Below are positions 10,494 through 19,758 of a stretch of DNA of 64,000 nt, one piece after another. The notes below the pieces were generated by a model. It did no database searches. It worked only from the letters and a program-made list of their open reading frames with translations, and had not been told where the DNA came from. The position numbers and the translations under genes are program-made. This DNA is from an uncultured delta proteobacterium (GTDB lineage Bacteria > Desulfobacterota > Zymogenia > Zymogenales > Zymogenaceae), in the NCBI GenBank assembly GCA_963792965.1, contig CAWBYW010000007.1:128001-192000 (forward strand). Reading direction: 5' to 3'. Numbering within the stretch: position 1 is the first letter of the stretch; each line of letters opens with the position of its first letter.

Positions 10494-11780
10494 ATGTCCA
10501 TTATCGATGAGATTCTCGCCCAGACCGACGTGGAAAAGATCAGGAAGGAAGCAGAAGAGAATTACAGAGAGTATGTAAACCCCTTCGCGCTTCGGATGTT
10601 TAAGAACGCGAGCCTCGACATCATCGAGGGAAAGCGAGAAGGGGCCTGTGTGTGGGACATCTCGGGCCAAAAGTACATCGATTGCGTTACGGGCGCGGGA
10701 ATCTTCAACGTCGGCAGACACAACGAGGAGATCGTCGAGGGGTTAAAGAAAGCCCTCAATACATATGATATGGGGGGCTGGATTTCCATCGTGCGCGAGC
10801 GAGGGCTTCTCGCAAAGAAGCTTGCCGAGATCACGCCCGGGGACCTCAAGTTTTCGCTCTTTTGCTGCGGCGGTGGGGAGGCTATCGAGGTGGCAATCAA
10901 GCTCGCGCGCGGCCATACCGACAAGACCGAAATCATCTGCATGGAAAACGGGTACCATGGGGTGACAGGGTTCGCATTGCCTGCAACGGGACGGGATGTC
11001 TACAAAGAGCCCTTCGCCCCCCTGACCCCCGGCTATAAGCACGTCCGATACAACGACATCGGCGCGGTGGAAGAGGCGATCACGGAGGAGACGGCCGCGG
11101 TGATGCTGGAGCCGATCCAGGGAGAGGGAGGCATTATCCCCGCACGCGATGAATACCTCCGTGATCTGAGAAAGCTCTGCACGGACAACGAGATCCTCCT
11201 TATTTTCGATGAAGTCCAGACGGGATTCGGCCGCACCGGGAAGATGTTCTGCGCCGAGCACAGCGGGGTGAATCCCGACATCATGGTGCTGGCGAAATCT
11301 CTCTCCGGGGGCCTCTATCCACTATCGTGCGCGATCTTTACCGAGGAGATCTCCGAATTCCTCATGACGCATCCCTTTATCATCATCAATTCATTCGGCG
11401 GCACGTCACTGGCGTGTTTGGTCGCCCTGGCGACGATCGAGTATATCCAGAAAAACGACCTCCCGGCCCACGCCCAGGCAATGGGACAGCGGTTCATGGC
11501 CGCCCTTGCGTCCCTTAAGGAAAAGTATCCTGAGCTCGTGCTTGACGTGCGGGGCAAGGGACTCATGCTCGGCATGGAGTTTCCCGAGGACAGTATCGGT
11601 CCGCGGATGGCATATCAGTTGAAGCAAAACGGCGTGATTTCGATCTATACGTTCAACAACCCGCGTATCATACGCATCATGCCGACCCTCGTTATCAACG
11701 AGAAGGAGGTCGATTTTGTTATCGAAGCCTTCGATAGATCGCTTGCCGAGATCAGGAGCCAGGAACAGAAGGTCAAATAG
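10494..11780 (+). CDS. Class-III PLP aminotransferase, copy 2
   Basis: [38 protein letters not shown]; clear paralog of 8829..10115. Confidence 0.93.
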   Translation: MSIIDEILAQTDVEKIRKEAEENYREYVNPFALRMFKNASLDIIEGKREGACVWDISGQKYIDCVTGAGIFNVGRHNEEIVEGLKKALNTYDMGGWISIVRERGLLAKKLAEITPGDLKFSLFCCGGGEAIEVAIKLARGHTDKTEIICMENGYHGVTGFALPATGRDVYKEPFAPLTPGYKHVRYNDIGAVEEAITEETAAVMLEPIQGEGGIIPARDEYLRDLRKLCTDNEILLIFDEVQTGFGRTGKMFCAEHSGVNPDIMVLAKSLSGGLYPLSCAIFTEEISEFLMTHPFIIINSFGGTSLACLVALATIEYIQKNDLPAHAQAMGQRFMAALASLKEKYPELVLDVRGKGLMLGMEFPEDSIGPRMAYQLKQNGVISIYTFNNPRIIRIMPTLVINEKEVDFVIEAFDRSLAEIRSQEQKVK

Positions 11781-11873
11781 TCACCGTATGCTCAAGAATG
11801 CCGACATCGGATTTGGTTACGTACATGTAGTTTTCTACCACTATGAAGGGAATACCCCTGCGAGGTGCGAATC

Positions 11874-13508
11874 ATGACAGAGCTCAGACGAGGGATCGGG
11901 CTGCGAACGATTGTCTCCACGGGAGCGGGCATGGCACTTGCCTCGGTTACCTATATATCATTTATCCAGCTGGCGAGTTACCTTACGGGGAATTCCGCCT
12001 GGATCGCCATTCTTACCGCAGGCCTCATGGCGGTCTTGGCGGGGTCATGCTTCTGTGAGCTGAATTCAATGTACCCGACCGCGGCGGGAATCAAGCTCTT
12101 CATCGAGCGTGCGTTCAACGAGCGTACCGCGATCGTCATCTCGGGGGTCTATGTCCTCGGGCAGCTTGCCATTGTCGGCGCCGAGATTTACATACTCTCT
12201 CAGGCGATATCCCAGGGGGTATCGTTTGTCCCGCCGATCGTCTGGGCGGCGGCCTGTGTCCTGGTTCTCCTCTACCTCAATTTCAGAGGAATCACTGTTG
12301 CCGGAATAGCCCAGGATATCCTCGCGTACACGATGTTTGTCGGCCTTATTGCGGTCTCCTTCTACGGGTTCTACACCATCGGTTTTCACATCACAAACCC
12401 GTTTACCATCGGCTCGTTCGACGGCTTTATCCAGGCCGTTGCCATCGGGATATCGACCTATATCGCCTTCGAGTGGGTCATCACCGTCTCGGAAGAAGTG
12501 ACCGACGTGAAGCTCGTGCCGAGAGGGATGATGATGGCCCTCGGTCTTTTGGCGATCACCTATGCCCTCTTTTCCACGGCCATGACCTCGGTCCTCGGCT
12601 GGGGGCTCCTCGCCCCGGTCATCTCTCCCGAGGGGATTCCGACCCCTCACGTCCTTTACGGCAAGTTCCTGCTGGGGAATTTCGGGCTCTACTTCATGAT
12701 CATCATGGGGCTGTTGGCGTCGACGACTTCGCTTAACGCCGGAATCATGACCGCCTCGCGGTTCATTTACGCCATGGCGCGGGATTGGTCGCTGCCGAAG
12801 TTCCTGGCAAGGCTCCATCCACGCTATGCAACCCCGTGGGTCGCCATGCTCGTTATCCTGGCGTATTGCGTGGCCGTGACGGTATATGGATTTCTAACCA
12901 ACTTCGTCCTCTCGTTGATCCTTATCATCGCCGCGTCGGAATGTCTGATCTATGTGGTGATGGCGCTATGCGTCATTCGGCTCCGTTACAAGGAGCCGGA
13001 CAAGGAGCGGAGTTTCAAGATAAAGGGGGGCCTCATCATTCCGATCATCGTCATCGTGATCTACAGCGTGGTGGCCGGATTTATCCTCTTCGGCCCGGTG
13101 AAACCCGAAGACCAGATGGATCAGCGTATCTGTCTCTTCTTCATCGTCGGGCTTTTTATCCTTAACACGGTGTACGTATACACGGCCTGGCCGTGGCTTC
13201 GGGCGAAATATAAGAGGATCGCCGATGAGCGGGTACCGAGACGCCGACGGGCGGCCGCCGCGGATACCGGCGACGCGCAGGGATCAGGAAGCGTCGGCTC
13301 TGAAAGGGGTATGAGCCCCGTACGAGTTGTTCGGGTAGTGTGGCCGCGCCGGCCACCCAAGAGGACCGAGGGCGCAGTCAGAAGAGAGATTGAAGGATAC
13401 TGCGGCGGCCGATTGCGTTCAAGACCGATCGGCCGGCCGGAAGATAAAAACCATCAGCAAAAACGTTTCATGGAGGTATCGTTATGGCACTTTCCGATAC
13501 GGAGCTGA
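11874..13508 (+). CDS. APC-family amino acid/amine permease, copy 1 (C-terminal tail may be artefactually extended)
   Basis: About 12 TM segments; ELNSMYPTAAG, FEW...SEEV, SRFIYAMARD, HPRYATPW. Confidence 0.88.
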   Translation: MTELRRGIGLRTIVSTGAGMALASVTYISFIQLASYLTGNSAWIAILTAGLMAVLAGSCFCELNSMYPTAAGIKLFIERAFNERTAIVISGVYVLGQLAIVGAEIYILSQAISQGVSFVPPIVWAAACVLVLLYLNFRGITVAGIAQDILAYTMFVGLIAVSFYGFYTIGFHITNPFTIGSFDGFIQAVAIGISTYIAFEWVITVSEEVTDVKLVPRGMMMALGLLAITYALFSTAMTSVLGWGLLAPVISPEGIPTPHVLYGKFLLGNFGLYFMIIMGLLASTTSLNAGIMTASRFIYAMARDWSLPKFLARLHPRYATPWVAMLVILAYCVAVTVYGFLTNFVLSLILIIAASECLIYVVMALCVIRLRYKEPDKERSFKIKGGLIIPIIVIVIYSVVAGFILFGPVKPEDQMDQRICLFFIVGLFILNTVYVYTAWPWLRAKYKRIADERVPRRRRAAAADTGDAQGSGSVGSERGMSPVRVVRVVWPRRPPKRTEGAVRREIEGYCGGRLRSRPIGRPEDKNHQQKRFMEVSLWHFPIRS

Positions 13509-14326
13509 AAAGCCTTACGGAGAAAGCCCACCAGATCAGAAGGGACATCATCCAGACCCTCGTCTGGTCCGGCGGCGGACACGCCGGGGGCTCTCTTTCC
13601 CAGGCCGATATTTTGGTGGCCCTCTACTACAAATATCTCAACATCGACCCGAAACGCCCCGACTGGCCCGACCGCGACAGGGTTATCCTCTCCAAAGGAC
13701 ACGGAGGGGTCGGGTTTGCGCCGATCCTTGCCGACAAGGGGTATTTCGACAAAGAGCTTCTCAAGGGGTTCAATCATACCGGATCCCCCTTCGGGATGCA
13801 CCTGGACAGCCTGAAGGTCAAGGGAGTGGATGCCTCGACAGGGTCGCTGGGCCACGGCCTGTCCATCTCGGTCGGGCTTGCCCTCGGCGCAAAGCTCAAG
13901 AAGAAAAAATGGCTCACCTGGTGCATCATGGGCGACGGGGAGCAGGCCGAAGGGAGCGTCTGGGAGGCGGCGATGGCGGCATGCCACTACAAGATCGGCA
14001 ACCTCAAGGCGATCATCGATAACAATAAGTTCTGCATCGATGGGGCCTGCGAAGACATCATGTGCATCGAGCCGCTCAAAAAGAAATGGGAGTCGTTCGG
14101 CTGGAAGGCCTTCGAGGTCGACGGGCACGACTTCAAGGACCTGTGCGGCGGGATCGACAAGGCCATCGCGCACAAGGATGGGCCGTGCGTCATCATCGCC
14201 CACACGATTAAGGGGAAGGGCGTCGACTTCATGGAGGACCAGGCGGCGTGGCACTACGGCGGGCTGGACGCGGATAAGACCAAGAAGGCCCTCGAATCGA
14301 TCGATCGGATGTATGCTAAAAAATAA
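13484..14326 (+). CDS. Transketolase, N-terminal ThDP-binding subunit
   Basis: GHAGGSLS, DRVILSKGH, STGSLGHG, GDGE..EGSVWEA, DGHD, TIKGKG. Confidence 0.93.
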   Translation: MALSDTELKSLTEKAHQIRRDIIQTLVWSGGGHAGGSLSQADILVALYYKYLNIDPKRPDWPDRDRVILSKGHGGVGFAPILADKGYFDKELLKGFNHTGSPFGMHLDSLKVKGVDASTGSLGHGLSISVGLALGAKLKKKKWLTWCIMGDGEQAEGSVWEAAMAACHYKIGNLKAIIDNNKFCIDGACEDIMCIEPLKKKWESFGWKAFEVDGHDFKDLCGGIDKAIAHKDGPCVIIAHTIKGKGVDFMEDQAAWHYGGLDADKTKKALESIDRMYAKK

Positions 14327-14343
14327 AGAAAAGGAGGTACGCC

Positions 14344-15364
14344 ATGGCTGAGCAGGCTGGAGGCTTGACATATACGATTTACGACGCCGACAAGATGACG
14401 GCGGCCGAGATTTATGGCGAGGTATTGACCCAACTGGGAGGTCAACGCCCCGAGATCGTGGGGCTGACGGCCGACCTGGCCAAATCCACCAAGATCGGTG
14501 CGTTCGGGCAGAAGTACCCGGACAGGTTCTTCAACGTGGGCATCGCCGAGCAGAACATGTTCGGTATCGGCGCGGGTCTCGCGCTGGCGGGCTTCACGCC
14601 GTTCATCTCGACGTTTGCGATCTTTGTATGTACACGGGCCTCGGAACAGGTGAGAACCGACATCTGCTACCAGAAGCTCAATTGCAAGATCATCGCAACC
14701 CACTCGGGCATATCCTTCGGGCAGGCCGGGACGACTCACCACTGCACGGAGGATCTGGCGATCATGCGGTCATTTGCGAACATGACCGTCATCGCGCCGT
14801 CCGACGGTCTGGAGACCGCCAAAGCGGTGCAGGCGTGCGTTGACTGGAAGGGTCCCGTCTATATCAGGATCGGACGTGGCTTCGAGCCCCGTGTCAACAA
14901 AGACGATAAGTTCGAGTACAAAATCGGAAAAGCCCGGGAGATGTGTTCCGGCACGGACGTGACGGTTATCGCATGCGGCTCTCCGGTCGTCGCGGCGGTA
15001 GATGCGGCCGACTTCCTCAAGAAGAACGATAAGCTCTCGGTGCGGGTCCTCAACATGCACACCGTGAAGCCGATCGACCGCGACGCCATCGAGAAGGCGG
15101 TCAAGGAGACCAGAAGGATCATCACCTTCGAGGACCACAGCATTATCGGAGGACTCGGCAGCGCGGTCGCCGAAGTCATCGCGGACCTCGGCAAAGGGAT
15201 GCGCCTTCAAGCGCGTGGGACTCCCCGATGAGTTCTCGCCCGTCGGGTATCCGGAGGACCTCTACCATCACTATAAGCTTGACTCCGAGGGGGTCATCGA
15301 GACGGTGAGAGAGGTGCTCGGAAAGGAGTACGAGGAAGACGAAGACTGGCAGGATGAATTTTAA
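14344..15364 (+). CDS. Transketolase, C-terminal subunit, one frameshift near 15197
   Basis: ADLAKST, VGIAEQN, GPVYIRIGR, EDHSIIGGLGSAVAE; the shifted frame continues KRVGLPDEF...EDEDWQDEF* at 15364. Confidence 0.9.
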
Positions 15365-15380
15365 ACGATAAGGAGGCGAT

Positions 15381-16157
15381 ATGCCCGACAAGGATTATGT
15401 CCTGGCAAGGATCATGCTGAGGGCCGCCGTGCCGCTTGCGAAGACCTTGATCGAAGACGACCCGAAGATGCGCGAAAAGTACCGGGGATTCAATAAGGTG
15501 GTCCAGTTCGAGGTGAAGGGGAGCGAAGATCTCGTCACCCAGCTCAAATTCGAGGACGGTATCCCCAAGCCGATCTTCGAACGGGACCCAAACCCCGACC
15601 TTGCCTTCATCTTTAAGAGCGCCAAGCAGCTCAACGCCTTTTTCGGAGGCAAACCCGCCATTCCGAAGATCAAGGGGCTCACGAAGGTCGGCGTCCTCCT
15701 CAAGGTCGTCCCGCTCCTGCTGGGCCTGACGCTGCTGCTCCCCACGAAGATCCCCAAGGATCCTGCGAAACGGAGGCTCAAGGTAAAGCTCCTCTTCTAT
15801 ATGCTCAGCTCGGCGCTGTCGCAGATGAACAAGGCCGGGGACGAGGAGTTCGTCGAGTTCACCAAGAAAATGCCCGACCGTGTCATCCAGTGGTCCTGCC
15901 TTCCCGATGGGCCCTTTGCCTACCTGCGCATCAAATACGGAAAGACAAAAGCCGGCAGAGGCGTCTATACGAGGAGGAGGCCGTTTATCGACATGCAGTT
16001 CAACGGCGTGGATGCCGCCATACAGGTTCTCACCAACCAGGTAGACCTCGTCCAGGCTATTATGGACGGGAAGCTCAACCAGGAAGGATCGCCGGAATAC
16101 GGCAAGGACCTCGGCGCCTTCATGCTCAAGATCGACGCGTGGATGAAGGAAGTGTAG
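15381..16157 (+). CDS. Hypothetical protein, probably two SCP2-like domains
   Basis: AGGAGG RBS; VVQFEV...PDLAFIF and IQWS...DMQFNGVDAAIQVL...AIMDGKLNQEG resemble SCP2 folds. Confidence 0.6.
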   Translation: MPDKDYVLARIMLRAAVPLAKTLIEDDPKMREKYRGFNKVVQFEVKGSEDLVTQLKFEDGIPKPIFERDPNPDLAFIFKSAKQLNAFFGGKPAIPKIKGLTKVGVLLKVVPLLLGLTLLLPTKIPKDPAKRRLKVKLLFYMLSSALSQMNKAGDEEFVEFTKKMPDRVIQWSCLPDGPFAYLRIKYGKTKAGRGVYTRRRPFIDMQFNGVDAAIQVLTNQVDLVQAIMDGKLNQEGSPEYGKDLGAFMLKIDAWMKEV

Positions 16158-16253
16158 CCTCTCGCTCGCAGGTAAGGTCAGTGGCGAGCGGAGCAAGGCG
16201 GTTTCGTCTATTCTTCTGATGGGCCTATCATCGGAAAGGAGAAAGGAACGGGT

Positions 16254-17611
16254 ATGAGCCAACTCAAACGGGTGGTGAAGCTCAGGACGGTGGTAGCCAC
16301 GAGCGCCGGCATGGCAATGGCAACCTCCTGTTATACGGCCGGGGTCAAGGTTGCCATGTTGGTCGCGGGCAACTCCGCGTGGATATCCATCGCCGTCGCG
16401 GGTTTCATGTGCATCCTGTCGGCCATGTGCTTTTCAGAGCTCAACGGGATGTACCCGTCCGCCGCGGGCATTCGGCTCTTCATCGAGCGAGCCTTCGGCG
16501 AGAAGGCGGCCATCTCTATCGGGGCCTTCTACCTCGGCTGCGCAATCGCGATGGTGGGGCCGGAAACGCACATCCTCAGCAGTGTCATCGGCACGATCGC
16601 TCCGGGCGTTCATCCTTTCGTGTGGGTAGTGGTCTTTTTGGGCTTGATCGCCCTCATCAATCTGAGGGGGGTCAAGGTCGCCGGGTGGGCCGAGGATATC
16701 ATGACCTATGTCATGCTCACCTTCATGGTATTCGTGGGCATCTACGCGATCGGTAAGTTCGGGGTTTCATCCAAAGAGCTCTTCAACACCGGCGGGGTGA
16801 CCAACGTCTTTCAGGCGGCGGCGGTCGGCGTATTCCTCTTCGTCGGATTCGAGTGGGTGACACCGCTGGCGGAGGAAGTGCTTGACAGCAAGATGATCGC
16901 CAAAGGGATGATGTGGGCCATCGGGCTGTTATGCCTCACCTACGTCTTGTTCATTACGGGGATGACCGCCGTGGTCCCCAAGGAGACACTTGCGGTGTCG
17001 GCAATCCCGCACATCATCGTGGGGAACGCCCTGTTCGGGAAGGCCGGCATCTATATGTTCGTCGTGATGAGCTGCCTGGCCTCGCTGACCTCGTACAACG
17101 CGGGATTTTTGAATTTTTCGCGCTTCATGTACGCCATGGGACGGGATAACGTGCTGCCGCGGATATTCTCACGCATCAGCGACCGGTACGCCACGCCGTG
17201 GTTTGCGGTCCTCTTTGCTTTTCAGTGTCGCTTCTGATATCGCTCTACATCCACCTCACGGGTAAATACATGACACTGATTATGGTGGCGGCGGCTATTG
17301 AGGTTATTATCTATACGGTGATGGCGCTGTCGGTGATAAAGCTCCGTTTCTCGCTCAAAGACGCCCGAAGACCCTATCGGGTCCCAGGCGGGTTGGTTAT
17401 CCCGATCGTTGCGATCGTCTTTTTCCTGATACTGCTGGTGGGCATCTATTCGGAAGATATTACGGTCCTGTTCATCATGGCCGGGGTTTTTATCGTTTGC
17501 CTCCTCTATACCCTTGTGGTGCCCCCGCGCCTGAGGGCCGCCTATGAAAAAAGGATGTCCGAGCGGGTTCCGCGGAGAAGGAGACCGGGAGGGCCGGAGT
17601 CGGGAAAATAG
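16254..17611 (+). CDS. APC-family permease, copy 2, one frameshift near 17220
   Basis: ELNGMYPSAAG, VGFEW..LAEEV, SRFMYAMGRD; C-terminus in ORF 17198..17611. Confidence 0.86.
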
Positions 17612-17644
17612 CGTAGTATTGAATCGCGATATAAGGAGTGAAAG

Positions 17645-18743
17645 ATGAAAATCGGAGTTCCTAAGGAGATAAAGGCCGAGGAGAATCGGGTGGCGATCAC
17701 CCCCGCGGGCGTATCCGCGCTGACCAGCCACGGCCATACGGTCTTCGTGGAAAAAGGGGCCGGCCTCGGCAGCGGGATAACGGACCAGGAATATATTGCC
17801 GCGGGGGCTCAGAGCCTTCCGACGAAGGAGGACGTTTGGAAACAGGCCGAGATGATCATCAAGGTAAAGGAGCCGCTCGGCCCGGAATTTGACCTGATCC
17901 GGGACCATATCCTCTTCACCTATTTCCACCTGGCGGCGGATATCGAGCTGACCAAAAAACTTCTGGCGACCAATGTTAAGGCCGTCGCCTACGAAACGAT
18001 CCAGCTTGCCGACGGGTCGCTGCCGCTGCTGGCCCCGATGAGTGAGGTCGCGGGACGGCTCTCGATCCAAATGGGCGCGCGCTGTCTCGAGTCGATCGGG
18101 GGAGGGAAGGGGATCCTCCTGTCGGGTGTCTCGGGAGTGCCGCCGGCAAAGGTGGTGGTCCTCGGTGCCGGGATCGCCGGCTCCAACGCCTGTTACGTGG
18201 CCGTGGGCATGGGGGCGAGGGTAAGCATCCTGGATATCAATCCCGCAAAGCTGCGCTACATCCACGACGTCATGGGAGGCCACGTCGTGACCGTCATGTC
18301 GAACCTCGCCAATATCGAAGAAGAGGTATTGTCGGCCGACCTCGTCGTCGGGACGATCCTCATTCCCGGCGCAAAGGCCACAAAGCTGGTCACTCGGGAG
18401 ATGATAAAGAAGATGAAGAGAGGCTCGGCCATCGTGGACATCTCGGTGGACCAGGGCGGGTGCGTGGAGACCACTCACCCGACGACGCATAAAGATCCGA
18501 CGTATATCGTCGACGGCGTTGTCCACTACGCGGTGGCAAACATGCCGGGGGCGGTTCCGCGCACCTCGACCTTTGCGCTGACAAACTCGACGCTCTCCTA
18601 TGCCCTCGATATCGCCAATAAGGGACTGGACCGCGCAATTGCGCGAGAGCCCGTCCTTGAAGAAAGGGGTCAATATCCTGAATAAGAAACTGACGTACAA
18701 GGCGGTCGCCGAGGCCTTCAACATGAGCTGGGTGGAGATTTAG
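17645..18743 (+). CDS. ald: Alanine dehydrogenase, frameshift near 18659
   Basis: [45 protein letters not shown]; true end KKGVNI...WVEI* in the shifted frame. Confidence 0.93.
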
Positions 18744-18813
18744 ATTTAGCTTGATAAAGGGGGCGAAGTTTAGTATAATGTATTTTCTATGACGCTCTCT
18801 TAGAAGGGATGGT

Positions 18814-19758
18814 ATGATGCTCAACGCGGCGGCCAAGATAAAAGGGATCCTTGACGAATACGTAATCGGACACAACGATATCAAGGAGGGAATCCTCCTT
18901 GCTTTGATAGCGCGGGAACACGTCTATATCGAGGGCGCCCCGGGCACGGCAAAGACGATGCTTGCCGAGCTCACCGCCAAGGCCGCCAATCTCAACTTCT
19001 ATTTCTATCAATTCCACCGCGATACGCGGTTGACGGAGCTGATCGGCGACTACATCATCTGCCGCGAGCCGCAGTCGGGAAACGGGGACGCGGAGCTGAT
19101 CAGCCAGCGACTCGTCCCCGGTGGTATCCTTACGGCGCAGCTGGCCGTTCTTGACGACATAACCCGTGCGCCGGGAGAAGCCCTCAATATCCTCCTTCGG
19201 CTTCTCAACGAGCGGGAATATAAAGGGAGCCGCCTCCCGCTGCTCACGGCGATAGCCACCAGTAATCCCACCCAGGATGACTACTACAACGAGCCGCTGG
19301 ATCTGGCTAACCTTGACCGGTTCACGATTCAGCTCCGGTCGTCGGGGCTCATCAACCGGGGCAACTGGGACGAAGCCGTCTCGGTAATGAATTACTACAC
19401 CGACCACACGTTCGACAAGGAGTCGGTCACGGGTTTCGAGAATGCCCTCTTTGCCGATCCGGACCGCTACCTGTTGGATATCACCGTTCCGGCAACGGTC
19501 CGGCAGCGACTCATTGGATTCCTCGAGCATCTGGTTGTCAATTTCCATCTCAACGAGACCAATTCGCTCCTCACCGACCGGACGTTTCTCGTCAAGGCTA
19601 TCCGCATTCTCAAGGCCAAGGCGGTGCTTGAGGGAAGAAAAGAGGTCGTCCCCCAGGACCTTTCCGTCCTCAGCTACCTCACGACGTTCCGGGTCCCTCC
19701 GGAAGTAGGGATGCGCCTGGACGAAATCCTCATGGATCTGGTCGAAAAAAAAAACTAA
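18814..19758 (+). CDS. MoxR/RavA-type AAA+ ATPase
   Basis: Walker A GAPGTAKT, Walker B AVLDDI, ALNILL..LNER, ATSN, LDRF. Confidence 0.88.
   Translation: MMLNAAAKIKGILDEYVIGHNDIKEGILLALIAREHVYIEGAPGTAKTMLAELTAKAANLNFYFYQFHRDTRLTELIGDYIICREPQSGNGDAELISQRLVPGGILTAQLAVLDDITRAPGEALNILLRLLNEREYKGSRLPLLTAIATSNPTQDDYYNEPLDLANLDRFTIQLRSSGLINRGNWDEAVSVMNYYTDHTFDKESVTGFENALFADPDRYLLDITVPATVRQRLIGFLEHLVVNFHLNETNSLLTDRTFLVKAIRILKAKAVLEGRKEVVPQDLSVLSYLTTFRVPPEVGMRLDEILMDLVEKKN

Noticed and set aside
8829-11780. Simple annotation as putrescine or acetylornithine aminotransferases
   Set aside because: Family-level similarity only; it does not explain the SCP2 proteins or the altered transketolase, so no gene symbol was assigned
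13300-13508. Long Arg-rich C-terminal extension of APC permease 1 overlapping the transketolase start
   Set aside because: The paralog ends shortly after VPRRRR; the tail looks like read-through of intergenic DNA, possibly from an indel
17222-18724. 500-aa minus-strand ORF, and similar long antisense ORFs (13454..14371, 15294..16262, 23680..24969, 51893..52939, 57191..58216)
   Set aside because: Shadow ORFs opposite well-supported genes in GC-rich DNA, with no recognisable motifs
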